A stretch of DNA of 64,000 nucleotides, taken from the NCBI GenBank assembly GCA_013239625.1, contig MU054049.1:1615892-1679891 (forward strand). Direction: 5' to 3'. The notes under the pieces were generated by a model, which saw only the letters and a program-made list of their open reading frames with translations, was not told the origin of the DNA and did no database searches. The DNA comes from Lama guanicoe. Its lineage: Eukaryota. How positions within the stretch are numbered: the first letter of the stretch is position 1; every line of letters begins with the position of its first letter. This document shows positions 27,350-39,783 of the stretch, in pieces. The translations under genes were made by a program, and so were the position numbers.

Positions 27350-28200
27350 TTGCAACTCCTCGTATGAAATGCATCAGTGCTGAAAAGGCACACTGTAAAA
27401 CTGTACTGCAAAACTGCACCATTAAATATATAATCCTGGTTTATAGGAAAAAAAATCTTACCCTGCCAGAACTAGAGTAAGTCCAGTCCCTGATGTGTAT
27501 GCTCTTCACCGGAGGCGAACAGAGGATGGTTTATGAAGACACTGAGGAAGAAGACCTGCACTTACATTCTGAAGACCCGAGGGAGCCCGCACCACTCTGG
27601 GTCCCTGACACAGAGTCAGACTGGCATCCAAATACTGACACCAGGATGGGCCATGCTTAATTGTTCTAGACAATGCATCCCGGCAGGGCTTAAAGAAAGG
27701 ATTCTCGAAACAAAAGAGCGTAAATACGGCGCAAGCCCTTAAAGAGAAATTTGATGGGAAGCCCTCTGTCTTTTTGGAATGAATCCATCAGACTATTGAA
27801 AGTTTCCTGACCTAAACCCAGAAGACCCTGAAAATGTTCAAATGGCAAATATGAACCAGAGCACAGAGAATATCAAAAGGAAATCATACAAGATTGATGG
27901 GGCAGTGGCTATGAATCCAAGATGGGTAGCGGAAATTGCTTTTAAAATGTATCATGCCCATAAAGAGGAAAATTAAAGCCCACGTGGGTGATGTATGAGG
28001 CCCAGAGAAAAAGAAAGGAGTGTAGGAGAAATCCCAGGGCAGGAAAGAAAAAGGACTCACCTTTAGAAACCAATCAATGTGCATACAGCATAGAGGAAGG
28101 GCGCGGGGAAAAAAGACTGTGTAAGGCTAAGAACCGGGCATAAACGCCTAGGGGCAGGCCTCCCCAAGAGGTCATGAGGACCCAGAGAGATGAGATGGAT
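27350..28200 (+). pseudogene. Proviral gag remnant
   Basis: Degenerate major-homology-like 'KPSVFLE*IHQ' (~27760) and zinc-knuckle remnant 'NQCAYSIEEGRGEKDC' (~28075-28120), with stops and frameshifts. Confidence 0.65.
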
Positions 28201-29210
28201 GATGACAGTGAATGAAGGGGCCTGGGGTTGCTGGCAGTCTTAGACACCCTTGCATTCTCAATTGGTGAATTTCTTAGTAGACACTGGAGCTACCTACTCT
28301 GTTCTGTTCTAAATTGTAAATTAACCTCTTTAAGCAGAACCACCATTCCCACTGGGGGTGGGGACTAGGCAATTGCAACACTGATCAACCCTTTGAGTGC
28401 AAACTGAGAGAAAAGACTCTTAAACATAGCTTCCCATAGGTACCTGATTGCCCTATCCCACTCCTGGGAAGAGATTTATTATGTAAACTGAATGCACAAA
28501 TAACCTTCTCTCCAGAAAAGCAAATGATCTAAGAGTCTCTCCTGAAAAGTCTCTGCTATTCCAGCAAATCCTGGTCAACAGGAAAAAGAAGCCAAACTTA
28601 TACTGGAGGATATTCTGCAAAAAGTGAGTAAAACCATCTGGGCTAGTGGGGTCCCAGGATGAGCTCAGTTTGTTACCCTCATCACCATTCAGCTAAAAGA
28701 AAGGGTGCCGCGCCTACCCTTCAGAAAAGATAATACCCTTTAAGAAGCGAGGTTCTAAAAGGCATTCAACTGGTCCTAAATCGGTTTTTGGAATATGGAC
28801 TTATCAAACCATGTAGGTCACCTACAGTACATCCATCTGGCCAGTAAGGAAACCTCACTCAGAAGAATGTCCTCTTGTTCAGGACCTGAGAGAAATTAAT
28901 GAAATTACCCAGGATGTACACCCAGCTGTGCCACATCCATATACCTTGCTAACCACCATACCTGGTGACTATGAGTATTTTACTGTCTTGGACTTAAAGG
29001 ATGTCTTTTTCTGCATCCCTCTAGAAAAGAAGTCCCAATTGTTGTTTGCTTTTGAATGACAGGACCCCAGTTCCAGAGCAATAACTCAATATTGCTGGAG
29101 AGTGTTGCCTCAAGGATTCAAAAACTCTTCAATCATCTTTAATGAGATCTTGACAAAATATTTAAGGGACCTAAATCTAAATCAGGGGATCCTCTTACAG
29201 TATGCAGATG

Positions 29211-31012
29211 CCTCTGCCACTCCCTTCTGGCCTGTAGAGTTTCTGCTGAAAAATCAGCTGATAACCTGATGGGAGTTCCCTTGTGTGTTATTTGTTGCTT
29301 TTCTCTTGCTGATTTTAATATTTCCTCCTTATCCTTAATTATTGTCAACTTGATGACTGTGTGCCTCAGTGTGTTCCTCTTTGGGTTAATCCTATATGGA
29401 ACTCTCTGAGCTTCCAGGACTTGGGTGGCTGTTTCCTTTCCCAAGTTAAGGAAGTTTTCAGCTATTATCTCTTTGAATATTTTCTCAGGTCATTTCTCTC
29501 TCTCTTTTCTTACAGGGACCCCTATAATGAGAATATTAGTGCACTTCATGCTGTCCCAGAGTTCTCTTAAACTATCCTCATTTCTTTTCATTCCTTTTTT
29601 TTTTCTGTGTTAATGATTTCACTAATCTGTCTTCTAGATTACTGACCCATTCTTCTGCCTCATTTAGTCTATTCTTGGTTCCTTCCAGTCTGTTACTCAT
29701 TTAAGTAATTATATTCTTCAACTCTATCTAGGCATTCTTTATATTTTCTAATTCTTTGCTAAAATCTTCCCTCTGTGTATCGATACTCCTCCTGAGTCCT
29801 CTGAACATCTTTGCCATCATTACTCTAAAGTCTTTCTTGGATAAATTGCCTATCTCCTCATCACTTAATTCTTCTTCTGGGATTTTATCTTGTGCCTTGG
29901 CCTGGAAGATATTCCTCTGCAGCCTATACTGTCAACTTTCTATTTGTATTTTTAGGTAGATTAGTTATGTTTCTCAGCCTTGGAGAAGTGGCCCTCTGTG
30001 GGAGACATCCTGTGCGACCCAACAGTACATTCCTCTCTTGTCCCCAAGGACCAGGGTCCAGTGGGTCCCAGGGTAGAGTCTGGCCTGCATTTGCATATTC
30101 CTTCCACAAGCTTTGGGGTTGTTGCTTTCTTATTTCTGGTACCCACCCCCTAGTGGATGAGGCTGGACTAGATGCTTATGCAGATTTCCTGGCAACAGAA
30201 GTGCCTGCCACAAGCTGGGTGGAGCTTGAGCCTGGCCCTCTGGTGGATAGGGCTGTGTCTGATGGTGGATGTCTGCTGATGGGTGGGGCTGCATTCCCAC
30301 CCAATAGGTTGTTTGGGCTGAGGCTTCCCAGCACTTAAGCCTACAGGCTGTTGGGTGGGGCTAGGTCTTGGTGCTAATGATCCAAGCAAGATGTCAGATG
30401 TAGATGAAGCTCATGTAGATGAACACTCCCAGAATGTCCGCCAGTAGCTTTTATGTCCCCCAGGGTAGGCCACAGCCACCCCCTACCTCCCCAAGAGACC
30501 TTCCAAAACCAGCAGGCAGGTCTGGCCCAAGTTCCTATGAAGTCACTGCCTCTGCCCTTGGACCCCATGTGTGCACAGTTCTGTGTGCGCTTCCCAAGAG
30601 AGTGAAGCCTCTATTTCCCCCAGTCTCATTGGGGCTCCTTCAGTTAAGCCCCGCTGTCCTTCAAAACCAGAAGTTCTTGAGACTCCTCCTCCTCCCAGTG
30701 CCAGAACTCCAGGCTGGGGAGCCTGACGTGGGGCTCAGAACTCTCGCTCCTGTGGGAGGACTTCTGCAACTTAATTATTCTTCAGCTTGTGGGCTGCCCA
30801 TCCGGTGGGCATGAGGCCCAATTATATCGCAAGCACAACCCTCCTACCGTCCTGTTGAGATTCCCTCTTTATGTTTCCAGTTGAAGAGGATCTTTTTGCT
30901 AAGTTCCAGTCTTTTTTCTCAATGGTTGTTTAGGATTTGGTTGTGGTTTTGTTGTAGTCACGAGGAGAGACAAGCTCGTGGTCCTACTGCTCTGCCATCT
31001 TGACCGGAACTC
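29211..31012 (-). mobile_element. L1 5' fragment (5'UTR plus partial ORF1), 3'-truncated, antisense, inside proviral RT
   Basis: Minus strand starts 'agttccggtcaagatggcagagcag' (L1 5'-end-like) and encodes 'EAQRVPYRINPKRNTLRHTVIKL...KGTPIRLSADFSAETLQARREWQ' (ORF1p). It then joins ERV pol with no poly(A). Confidence 0.9.
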
Positions 31013-31391
31013 CAGTGTGTGGATGTCTCTGATGCGGCCTGCAGAATGCCACAAGGCATCCTCATCTCTCAAAGACAGTCTTTGAACTGCCCCTGCATTG
31101 GGCCTGCCCAGTTTGAAAAAGGAATTTAAGCTCTACATGCAGAGGAATATCTCTGGTCATTCTCATACAAATTGGAGGTATCCCAAGGCCAGTGGCATAG
31201 TTGTCCAAACAACTGGACAGTACAGCTAAGGGCTGGCCCCTCACCTCTGGGCGGTTGCAGCTGCTTGTGACTTCTTCAAGAAGCTGAAAAATGTACTCTT
31301 GGACAGCCCATAACCACTCATGTCCCACATCAAGTCACCACCTTGTTAGAACAAAAGGGAGGTTAATTGGCTTACAGCCAGCAGAATGGGC

Positions 31392-31855
31392 TGTGAATTA
31401 AAAATATTGTCATCCATGTCAGTAAACAAAGGATGCTGTGGCCATCAAGTCATCAGCCACTACCACCATCCCTAACATTGCACCCCACGGGAACTCAGGA
31501 TGAGAAAGAACAGGATACTGCCCCTACCTAGATAGCTAGGTGCATATGAAAGAAATGATTTCAATGAACACAGACCTTTCCACCTTGCTATACATAGAAA
31601 AGTGCTAAATTCCTTAACTTGAGATATCTGGCTTTCTTAATTAACAAAATATTTTAATGTTAACAGTAATCTTTCGATGTTCTGAATACCTGGTCTCTGT
31701 GGCAAAACTCTTCTATATCCTGGCTCCTCCCTTGCCACTTTGGAACAGTCTCAGAGAGAGCTGAGAGGCTGCCTCCCAGGTTTGAGTCCTTAGAAAGTCC
31801 ACAGACTAAAACGTAACTCTCATCCTATAGGTTGTGCATTTTATTTCGGTCAACA
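31392..31855 (+). mobile_element. Unrelated ERV solo LTR nested in proviral pol
   Basis: TG...CA, 464 bp, perfect 4-bp TSD GGGC (31388-31391 and 31856-31859). pol reads WLTASRMG|KYQAALL across it. Confidence 0.92.
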
Positions 31856-33619
31856 GGGCAAATACCAAGCTGCCCTTTTAGACATCCCAGATGTGACACT
31901 ACGTACTGTCACCACTCTGAACCTGGCTACTTTGATACCCACACCCTCTGAAGGCCACCGCTACATGACTGTTTTAAAATTCTGAAGATTGTCTATTCCA
32001 ACCAATTTGACTTAACCGACAAACCTCTGCCAGAGGCAGAATGGGAATGTTCACAGATGGGAGTAATTTCATGAGAGGTGGAGAATGAAAGGCTGGGTAT
32101 GCTGTAACCACAGAACAACAGGTTACTGATGTGGTTGCTCGTCCACCTGGGATTTCTGCTCAGAAGGCAGAATTAATTGTTCTTACCTGAGCCTTGCACT
32201 TGTCAAAAAGAAAAAGGGTAAACATCTCTACTGACTCAAAGTATGCCTTCATGGTAGCACATGCCTATGGAGAATTTGGAAAGAGAGAGGACATCTAACA
32301 ATGGGCAACAAGGACATTAAACATCCAAATGAAATACTGGCCCTCCTACGGGCTATAACAGAACCTGAGGCAGTTGCCATCATACATTGTCTCGGACACC
32401 AGAAACTAACTTCTTACGTAGCCAGAGGAAACCAGATAGCCAACAAGGCAGCCAAGAAGGTGGCATTAACGGGACACGTGTTACAAATGAGATATTCGTT
32501 ACAAATGATGGGAGCCCTTTTGTCACTGTTGGACTTGAGCCAAGATCAGCTGTTTATTCTGAACAAGATAATCAAAGAGCTATTAATTGGGGCTTCAACA
32601 GAACTGATCCCCACTCAGAAATAGAAAATGAATGATCACAGGCTAATTTCATTGCCGGCAGCACTGGTGTGGCCAATAATCAAACACCTTCACGACAACA
32701 CACATTACGGTCAAGATGCCTTAATGGAATCTCCTAAAACCATGGGTTAGAGACCCAGAAATACAACAGACTGTACAAAAAGTGACTAAAAATTGTCCAA
32801 TATGTGTCAAGAATAACCCTAAAATCACTAAGAGGGGATTTCCACAAGGAACCCAATATATAGGGGAACACCCCTTTGATGACTGGTAGATTGACTTTAC
32901 TCAAGTGTCCAGAACAACCAGGTATCTTAGGTTCTTACCATTTTTTGTAGATACCTTTTCCAAATATCTCAATAAGTCAGCCAACCCCTTAGAATTAAAT
33001 GGAAATGTCACCCCTTCTGGAGGTCTCAATCCATGGGAAAGATGGAAAAAATGAATCACACCTTAAAGGTGACCATTAAAAACTTGCCAAAACACCCATT
33101 TAAAGTGAAGAAAAGCCTTACCAACTGCGCTTTTCCGTGTGCACGTGGCCACTAGAAGCAGACTTAGAGTGAGTCCTTATGAGATAGTATATGGAAGACC
33201 ATTTCTGAGCTCCCAGAAAGAAAAAAATAAAATGGAAGATTTACACGTAGCCCAAGAAATGAGGGTCAGAGAACATGTTCAGCAAATAAATCAGATACTA
33301 ACTATAACGCATGAGTTTGTCTCTTCCAGGTCTCCCTCGTGTTTAGACACTCCATTGCATCCTTTCAAAATGGGAGGCTACATTCTGCTGAAAGTCTGGG
33401 AAGACCAAGGGGTCCAGACCAGCAACTGGAAGTGGAAGGGTCATTGTGACGTGCTCTTCACCACCCACACACTGCTGAAGCTGGATGGTACAAAGCCACA
33501 GATCCACCACACCAGGGTGAAGCACCCAGCAGTGTGGTTTCTTGTCCACTTCCCCTCCCACAGATGAGAAAACAGAGTGGAAAATTCACCTCCTGGGTGA
33601 ACTTGCACATCTCTTCCAA

Positions 33620-34300
33620 CATGATAAAACTAGTTCTTCTTAATCTTTTATTCTTTCCTTACTGCCCTCTAAACTCCTGGAAATACTTTTTTATGGCTTA
33701 TTCTTACGCTGATTCTTTTAATTATTCTAATTGCTGGATTTGTGGCCAGCTTCCTATGTCTGAATCATCCGGGCTTCCTCGGTGGGTTTCACCCTTACGG
33801 GAAACAGACTGTGAAGAACTAGCCATTCTAATTTATGATATTCGTAAGATACCAACTGCGTTAAACACTAAAATCACTAATTATGACCCATTAAAATGGC
33901 CTATTAAAAATACCATAAATCTGCCAGGCCACAATTTCCCCTTTTCCCTCAAGTGCTATTACCCAGAAAAGTTTAAATATGGCTCTCAAATTAAAAGAAA
34001 AACAGCCAATGTCTGTTCAAGATCCACACAGGACGATGGAAGGACGTAATCAGTATGGGTTGGAATATGGTAGACTACATATCAAAGTCCCCCTGTTTTG
34101 GGAGCAGTGGGATCATACTCTCCATCACTGGCTAACTCTGCCCAATATTTAGAGTGGACCCCCACCTTGGACATTGTGACCACCTCATAATTTTAAAAAC
34201 CAGTGACTGGTTCACTACATACTGGTTTTTCCTAGATGACCCCGAATGGAACCCAGTGGATTTGTGGTGCCAACCTGTGGTCATGGCTGCCTCCATTTCT
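33620..34300 (+). pseudogene. Truncated env (SU) remnant
   Basis: Hydrophobic signal-like start 'MIKLVLLNLLFF' and 'FNYSNCWICGQLP' CWxC motif. No recognisable TM subunit before the 3' LTR. Confidence 0.75.
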
Positions 34301-34343
34301 CTATTTCCATAGAAATGGAAGAAATGAACTAACAGTAGGGATT

Positions 34344-35928
34344 TGAAAGAGTAGAAAACTAACAAAATGGCTTCTCTGATGCTAAAACTGCTTGCTGGTT
34401 CATTTGAACTTAGAAATCTTGCAACTCGTTTTTCTTTTTGCTAATGAACCCCCATCTCTGCTCAACTGCTTTTGTGCTAAACAGCCCCCAAACTTTCCTC
34501 TACACCCTCCTCTCCCTATACATTCTTTACCCAGAATAGCTTATCATTTAACCCAGAAACTGTGTTCCAGGAAAGTGGTCACGGGCTGATAGCCTCAGAA
34601 GAATGAACAGACCCTCTGGAGTTTCTCTGTGGCGCCAGGTGGATTCATCAAGATTAAGAAGAATACAGCACCCCAGAAAATGCTCTGATTGCATGGCCCT
34701 TCTGTTCCATACAGTTTTTCTGTAAAATCTCAGGACTTCAAGCCCAAGGTGGATTTACAGTCTCTAAGCCTGCTGTGACTCCCCTTTGCAAAGCAATAAG
34801 GCTCTTGTCATCTTCTTTTTTAAATTGAAATATAGTCAACTTACAATGTTGTGTCAATTTCTGGTGTACAGCATAATGTTTCAGTCATACATACACATGC
34901 ATTTTTTTCATATTCTTTTTTGTTATAGGTTACTACAAGATATTGAATATAGTTCCCTGTGCTTTACAGTAGAAATTTATTATCTATTTTATATATAGTA
35001 GTTACAATCTGCAAATCTCAAACTTACAATTTATCCCTTCCCACCCTCTTTCCTCCCAGTAACTGTAAGTTTGTTTTCTATGTCTGTGAGTCTGTTTCTG
35101 CTTTATAAACAAGTTCATCTGAGTCATTTTTAAAATTCCACATATAAGTGATATCATATGGTATTTTTCTTTCTCTTTCTGGCTTACTTCACTTAGAATG
35201 ATGTTCTCAAGGTCCATCCATGTAGCAGCAAATGGCATTATTTTATTCTTTTTTATGGCTGAGTAATATTCTGTTGTATGTAGATATACCACAACTTCTT
35301 TATCACTGGACATTTAGGTTGTTTCCATATCTTGGTTATTGAAAATAGTGCTGCTGTGAACATCAGGGTGCATGTATCTTTTCAAATTAGAGTTCCCTCC
35401 AGATACATGCTCAAGAGTAGGATTGCTGAATCATACTTTAAGTCTATTTTTAGTTTTTTGAGGAATTTCCATACTGTTTTCAATAATGGCTGCACCAAAT
35501 TACATCCCCACCAACAGTGTGGGAGGGTTCCCTTTTCTCCACACCCTCTCCAGCATTTATCATTTGTGGATGTTTTAAAGATGGCCATTCTGACTGGTAT
35601 GAGGTGATACTTCATTGTAGTTTTGATTTGCATTTCTCTGATAATTAGCAATATTGAGCCTTTTTTCAAGTGCCTATGTCTTTATTGGAGAATTGCTTGT
35701 TTAGGTCTTCTGCCCATTTTTGGATTGGGTTGTTTGTTTATTTTGTTATTAAGTTGTATGAGTTGACTATATATTCTGGAGATTAAGCATTTGCCAGTTG
35801 CATCATTTGCAAATATTTTTTTCACATTCTGTAGGTTGTCTAAACCTGTTCTTTACTGATTTTTCCAAAATTCTGACTCCAAGTCTCAATTCAGCTAACA
35901 GGATACAGAGGCCAGCTCTTTGGCAGTA
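34344..35928 (+). mobile_element. 3' LTR of provirus, split by an L1 (34344-~34805 and 35841-35928)
   Basis: Homology to the 5' LTR resumes at 35841 ('taaacctgttcttt...gtctcaatt...acagaggccag...ttggcagta'). Confidence 0.88.
34817..35840 (-). mobile_element. 5'-truncated L1 (ORF2 C-terminus plus 3'UTR), antisense, inserted just after the 3' LTR poly(A) signal
   Basis: ORF2p motifs '[38 protein letters not shown]' and 'EYYSAIKKNKIMPFAATWMDLENIILSE'. T-run at 34817. Confidence 0.93.
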
Positions 35929-38900
35929 GTGTGGCACTGCCATCCACAAGATACTCCAGATCCCATCCTTCATCTCACCTGAGCCCTCAGCTGGGCCTTC
36001 CAAGTTCAGAGCAAGGCCAAAGCCACTCTGTTAGGCAGCTTTCTCCCCACCCACCCCCACTGATAGCTGCACCCCACTTCTGATGCTGAAAGACTGATTA
36101 AAATAGAGGGCCTCCAAAGGGACTCACTGTATCACCTGATTCTCCATTCAGTCAAGGGCAGCACCCGCTCATCCAGTTCCACAGGACTTGATGCCTGCAT
36201 TACTTACAATACTGGGAGCAGCTCCTTGTGTGTCTCCAGGGGTTTACATTCTGAATGAGCCATTCAGAGACCTTCTGTGATCCTTCCCTCCGATGTGGCT
36301 TCTGGAGGACACGCCTTGCCCAGTGAGTGAAGCTGGAATGCACATCTCCCTTTCATTTGCTACATGTCTTGCATGGTCACCCAAACTGTGACTGGGGCAG
36401 GGAATGGCCCAGAGATCTCCCCTTCATTAGCATGCTGCTGAGGGGCAGAGGTGGGTAAGAGTCTTTCTCTGCCCTCAGCCCTCCCCCAACAGCAGCAGAA
36501 GGATCAGACAGCAGGAGGCACCCCTGTTCTTCCCCATCATTGGCAGCATCCCCAGCTCCTCCCTCCAGTCCAGCTGAGCAGCCAGTGCTGGGCTTCCCGC
36601 TGGGGGGATGGGCAGGGGGATGGATGGAGTTGGGGCGGGGCCAGCAGGAAGCTAGGAGGGCGTGGCCTCCAGGGAAGTGCATGTGGCTGGCTTCTCCTCT
36701 CTTTCTAGATGACATTCAACTCTGTACCCTCACCTTGTTTCCCTTTCCATGAGCCCTTCTAACTATTCCAGGGATGGAAGATGGACAGAAAATACAGTCT
36801 CTAAACTGTGCATATGGGTTCACCCACACTGGAAAGAATAAAGAGGCCAGGGAGGGTAAAAAGTGCTAGGGTGCAATTTTAAGCAAGGCGGTCTGAGAAG
36901 GCTTCATTAACAAATGCAGATGGAAGGGAGATGAAAAAATGAGACGTGCAGATGGATTACTTTCCAGGCAGAGAGAAGAGCAGGTGCAAAGGACCTGAGG
37001 TGGATGGAGCAGGCATGCGGAAGATCTGCTGAGTTGTGAAGGTGGGGTCTAGACCAGAGTGCCTGGAGGCCACCAAGAGGGCAGGACGCTGACATCTAAT
37101 CATCAAAGGGCAGTAATTAGACAAGATGGCAGAATTTCCCAATTAGCTAGTTAGTTTTTTAAGGTAACAACCCTGGGTGCCATCAAGGTAGAAAGAGACA
37201 CCTTCACAGTTAATGACAATGGAACCAACATTGTGCTTTATGAATTAAGAAACACAAAAATGGCACTATGGTTTGGACAAGTCATTCCACATATGGGACT
37301 GTAGCCTTGAAAAAAATCCCAAACATGGGGATCCTTATAGCTCTTCTTTCAATTAACCATGAAAAGCCAGTTGGCTCCCTGGGGCCCTGGCACACTGCCT
37401 TCCCCCCCCCACCCCCTATTCCAGGGCTCTGCACTCCAGCGCCCCACCCCTACCCTGGCCCTGCTTTGCACCTAAAACATCTGCTTCAGGGAGTGACCTT
37501 GATCTCCTCCCCCCACTGCATTGGTTGGGGTGTGCCTACGCCACCCCCTCCTTCCCGTCACTAGAGGAAGAACAGAATGCCTTCTGAGCTCAGCAACTCT
37601 GCAGACTAAACACTCCACAAGGGAGGCTGGAACTCGCTCAATATCTGGGGTCAGACAAGAACTTTCCAGGTCAGGCTGTCTGCTACCATATGACATCTGA
37701 GAAGTTCAGTGAGGAAATGGCACTTGTCCACCTGTCACCTACTCATTTCCAAGCCTGTGGACAGTCCACTCTGTGCCAGCCTAGCCAGGCATGGAGCCTG
37801 CCGATGGTCAAGCCCCCTGCTGGGGCCACACAGCCCAGAGGAGACAGGCATATCCCTTAAGAGGAGTGCACACATGTTGTCATCAAGAGTTCCTTTGAAA
37901 CTAGCTTTAAATGGAGTTTAATTGATAGCCTCTTAATTACCCGGGAAAACAAGGCTCTGGTTAGTGTTCTTGATACTCAAAGCTGATCATTCTTTCAGTT
38001 GAGTCAGATGATCTTCCATCCCCAGCTGCCTGGTCCCAACGTGCCTGGCTGTGAAGCCTCTGTGTCCCTGTCCAAGTCACCATCCAGGGCTCCAGGGCTA
38101 TGTAGGGGGTTCCCCTCCCTCCCTCAGACAATCCTGAGTCAGGACTTCCTGTAGACCTTGACTCAAGTGGTCAGCATAGTCGGAGTTAGTGTCAGTCAGG
38201 AGTGTTCTGGGCCACCTGCTTACGCCTCAAGGGGCCAGTTCTTTCCGTCAAGACATAAGCTTTTTCTCCAGAACCAGGATTTTGGGTGTTGGAATCCCCA
38301 ACTGATTAGCCTAGGATTTCTTCCTCTCAGGGCCCCATCTTGCCACAGTGCAGACCCCCAAAGTTCTTCAGTTGTGTTTTAACATCTTTGTGCCTCGACA
38401 AGGAAAAGGATCAGAATTCTGCTCACTTTCCTCCCTACAATGCATCCAAAAAAGAGCCACTTTTTATTCTACAATTACAGTGCCAGGTGCTGGGGACACA
38501 GAGGTGACAGGTCTGAGAGGGTCACAGCCATGCATGAGAAGCACTGGCTATAGTCAGGGCACAGTCTTGGGCAGGACCAGGATCTCCCCAGTCCTGCCCA
38601 CGGGTCTCCCAGCCCCGCCTTCTGCCTGCTCTGCCTGGCCTCATATGAGGAGAGGACTGCCATACTCAACTCTTCAGCACCAGCTAACTGCCCCCTCACC
38701 CCTGGAGGGGCAAGAGCAGTGCTCGGGGCAGAGGCACCCACAGCCATAGCTCAACCCTGGAGGGGAGGGGAGCACACCAGCTCTTTTTCTCCTGCTGGCC
38801 ACTTCCCAAGGGTGTGTAGGGAGCTGGGGGCCACCCCTGCAGCCAGCTCACTGTGGCCTCCTTTCCTATCAGCATCTTGAGCCCTGATCAGTCATCAAAG

Positions 38901-39555
38901 CCACATGTGTAGGGGTTGGGATCATGGGCTCTGGGGCCACCTACCTGGGTTCAAACTCTGGCTCTGTTGCTCCCTGGAGTGAATGACATCATCTGTCAGT
39001 GTCTCAGATTCGTCGGCTACACATGGGAGAGAATCATAGTAACAACATGATAAGGTTGCTGTGAGGAATCAGTGAGCCAGCCAAGCTTTTCAAGCTGTGG
39101 GTCGCCAACAATTTTTTGGTTACAAAACCATGTTAATGGGTTGTGACCAGCATCTAACATAAATATAGTGGAAACAAGAGCGTCCATCACTTTGGAGGAG
39201 TCAGTACACACCTCTGTATGTGCGTGTGGCACCAACTGTCCCCAGATGTTTTTCTGATTGTGAGGCTCCATTGTGGGCTTGGGAGATGTTAGATGGATTA
39301 AACACAAGCCAGGGTAGGGGGGTTGTATGCAGTCAAAGCCTAGAATCCATCCTGCAGGAGATGTGTGCTCATGTGCCAGGATGCTCCCTATGGCGAGTAA
39401 CCTATTCTGCTGGGAAAGAAAACAGTGGGATGTGGCATGACAGGACCCAGGCATCCTAGACAGGCAGCCATTCATGTGTGGCAAGTAGTGCCAAGAGAAG
39501 CAGCATGGGGAGGAGCTGGAGTCACACACCAAGGGCCTTGAAAGCCAAGGTTAGC

Positions 39556-39698
39556 TTTTGCTTGTATTGTTTGTTTTCTGAGGAGGAGGTAATTAGGTTT
39601 CTTCATTGATTTCCACTTGGATGAGGTACCAGGGATTGAACTTGAGACCTCTTGGGTGCTGAGCATGTGCTCTACCATTTGAGCCATACGCGTCCCCC
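39556..39698 (-). mobile_element. tRNA-derived SINE (camelid Vic-1-like)
   Basis: Minus strand has A box 'tggctcaaatgg', B box 'agttcaatccc', tail motif 'aaacctaattacctcc' and an A-rich end. Flanks aaggttag/acggttag are TSD-like. Confidence 0.75.
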
Positions 39699-39710
39699 AC
39701 GGTTAGAGTT

Positions 39711-39783
39711 TGAACTTGACCTTAGGCAACGGGAATTTAAAGCTGAGCTTATGAACTTGACCTTAGGCAATGGAAATCAAAGC
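39711..39783 (+). repeat. Short imperfect tandem duplication (~41-bp period)
   Basis: 'tgaacttgaccttaggcaa..gg.aat..aaagc' occurs twice. Confidence 0.85.

Larger units (their letters stand above)
28260..33545 (+). pseudogene. Proviral pro-pol remnant (interrupted by L1 and a solo LTR; internal deletions)
   Basis: Protease, RT, connection (APALGLP, RPVA*LSKQLD), RNase H and integrase motifs in order, with many stops and frameshifts. Confidence 0.9.
26414..35928 (+). mobile_element. Decayed ERV1-class (gammaretrovirus-like) provirus, LTR-gag-pro-pol-env(truncated)-LTR, with nested insertions
   Basis: Paired LTRs begin TGAAAGA (26414, 34344). tRNA-Arg-like primer-binding site (PBS). Motifs: FLVDTGATYSV (protease, ~28270), TVLDLKDVFFCIP/LPQGFKNS/LQYAD (RT), FTDGS/SAQKAEL/NISTDSKYAF (RNase H), HDNTHYG..CPIC and IDFTQ/VDTFS (integrase), SNCWIC (env). 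4-bp flanks GTAT/GTGT. Confidence 0.93.

Noticed and set aside
33534..34049. 171-aa env ORF as a possible domesticated (syncytin- or suppressyn-like) gene
   Set aside because: Covers only a partial SU followed by frameshifted env, with no TM, in a uniformly decayed provirus. Nothing in the sequence indicates selection.
39620..39698. tRNA-like sequence on the minus strand
   Set aside because: Has a SINE body, A-rich tail and TSD-like flanks, so it is a tRNA-derived SINE, not a tRNA gene.
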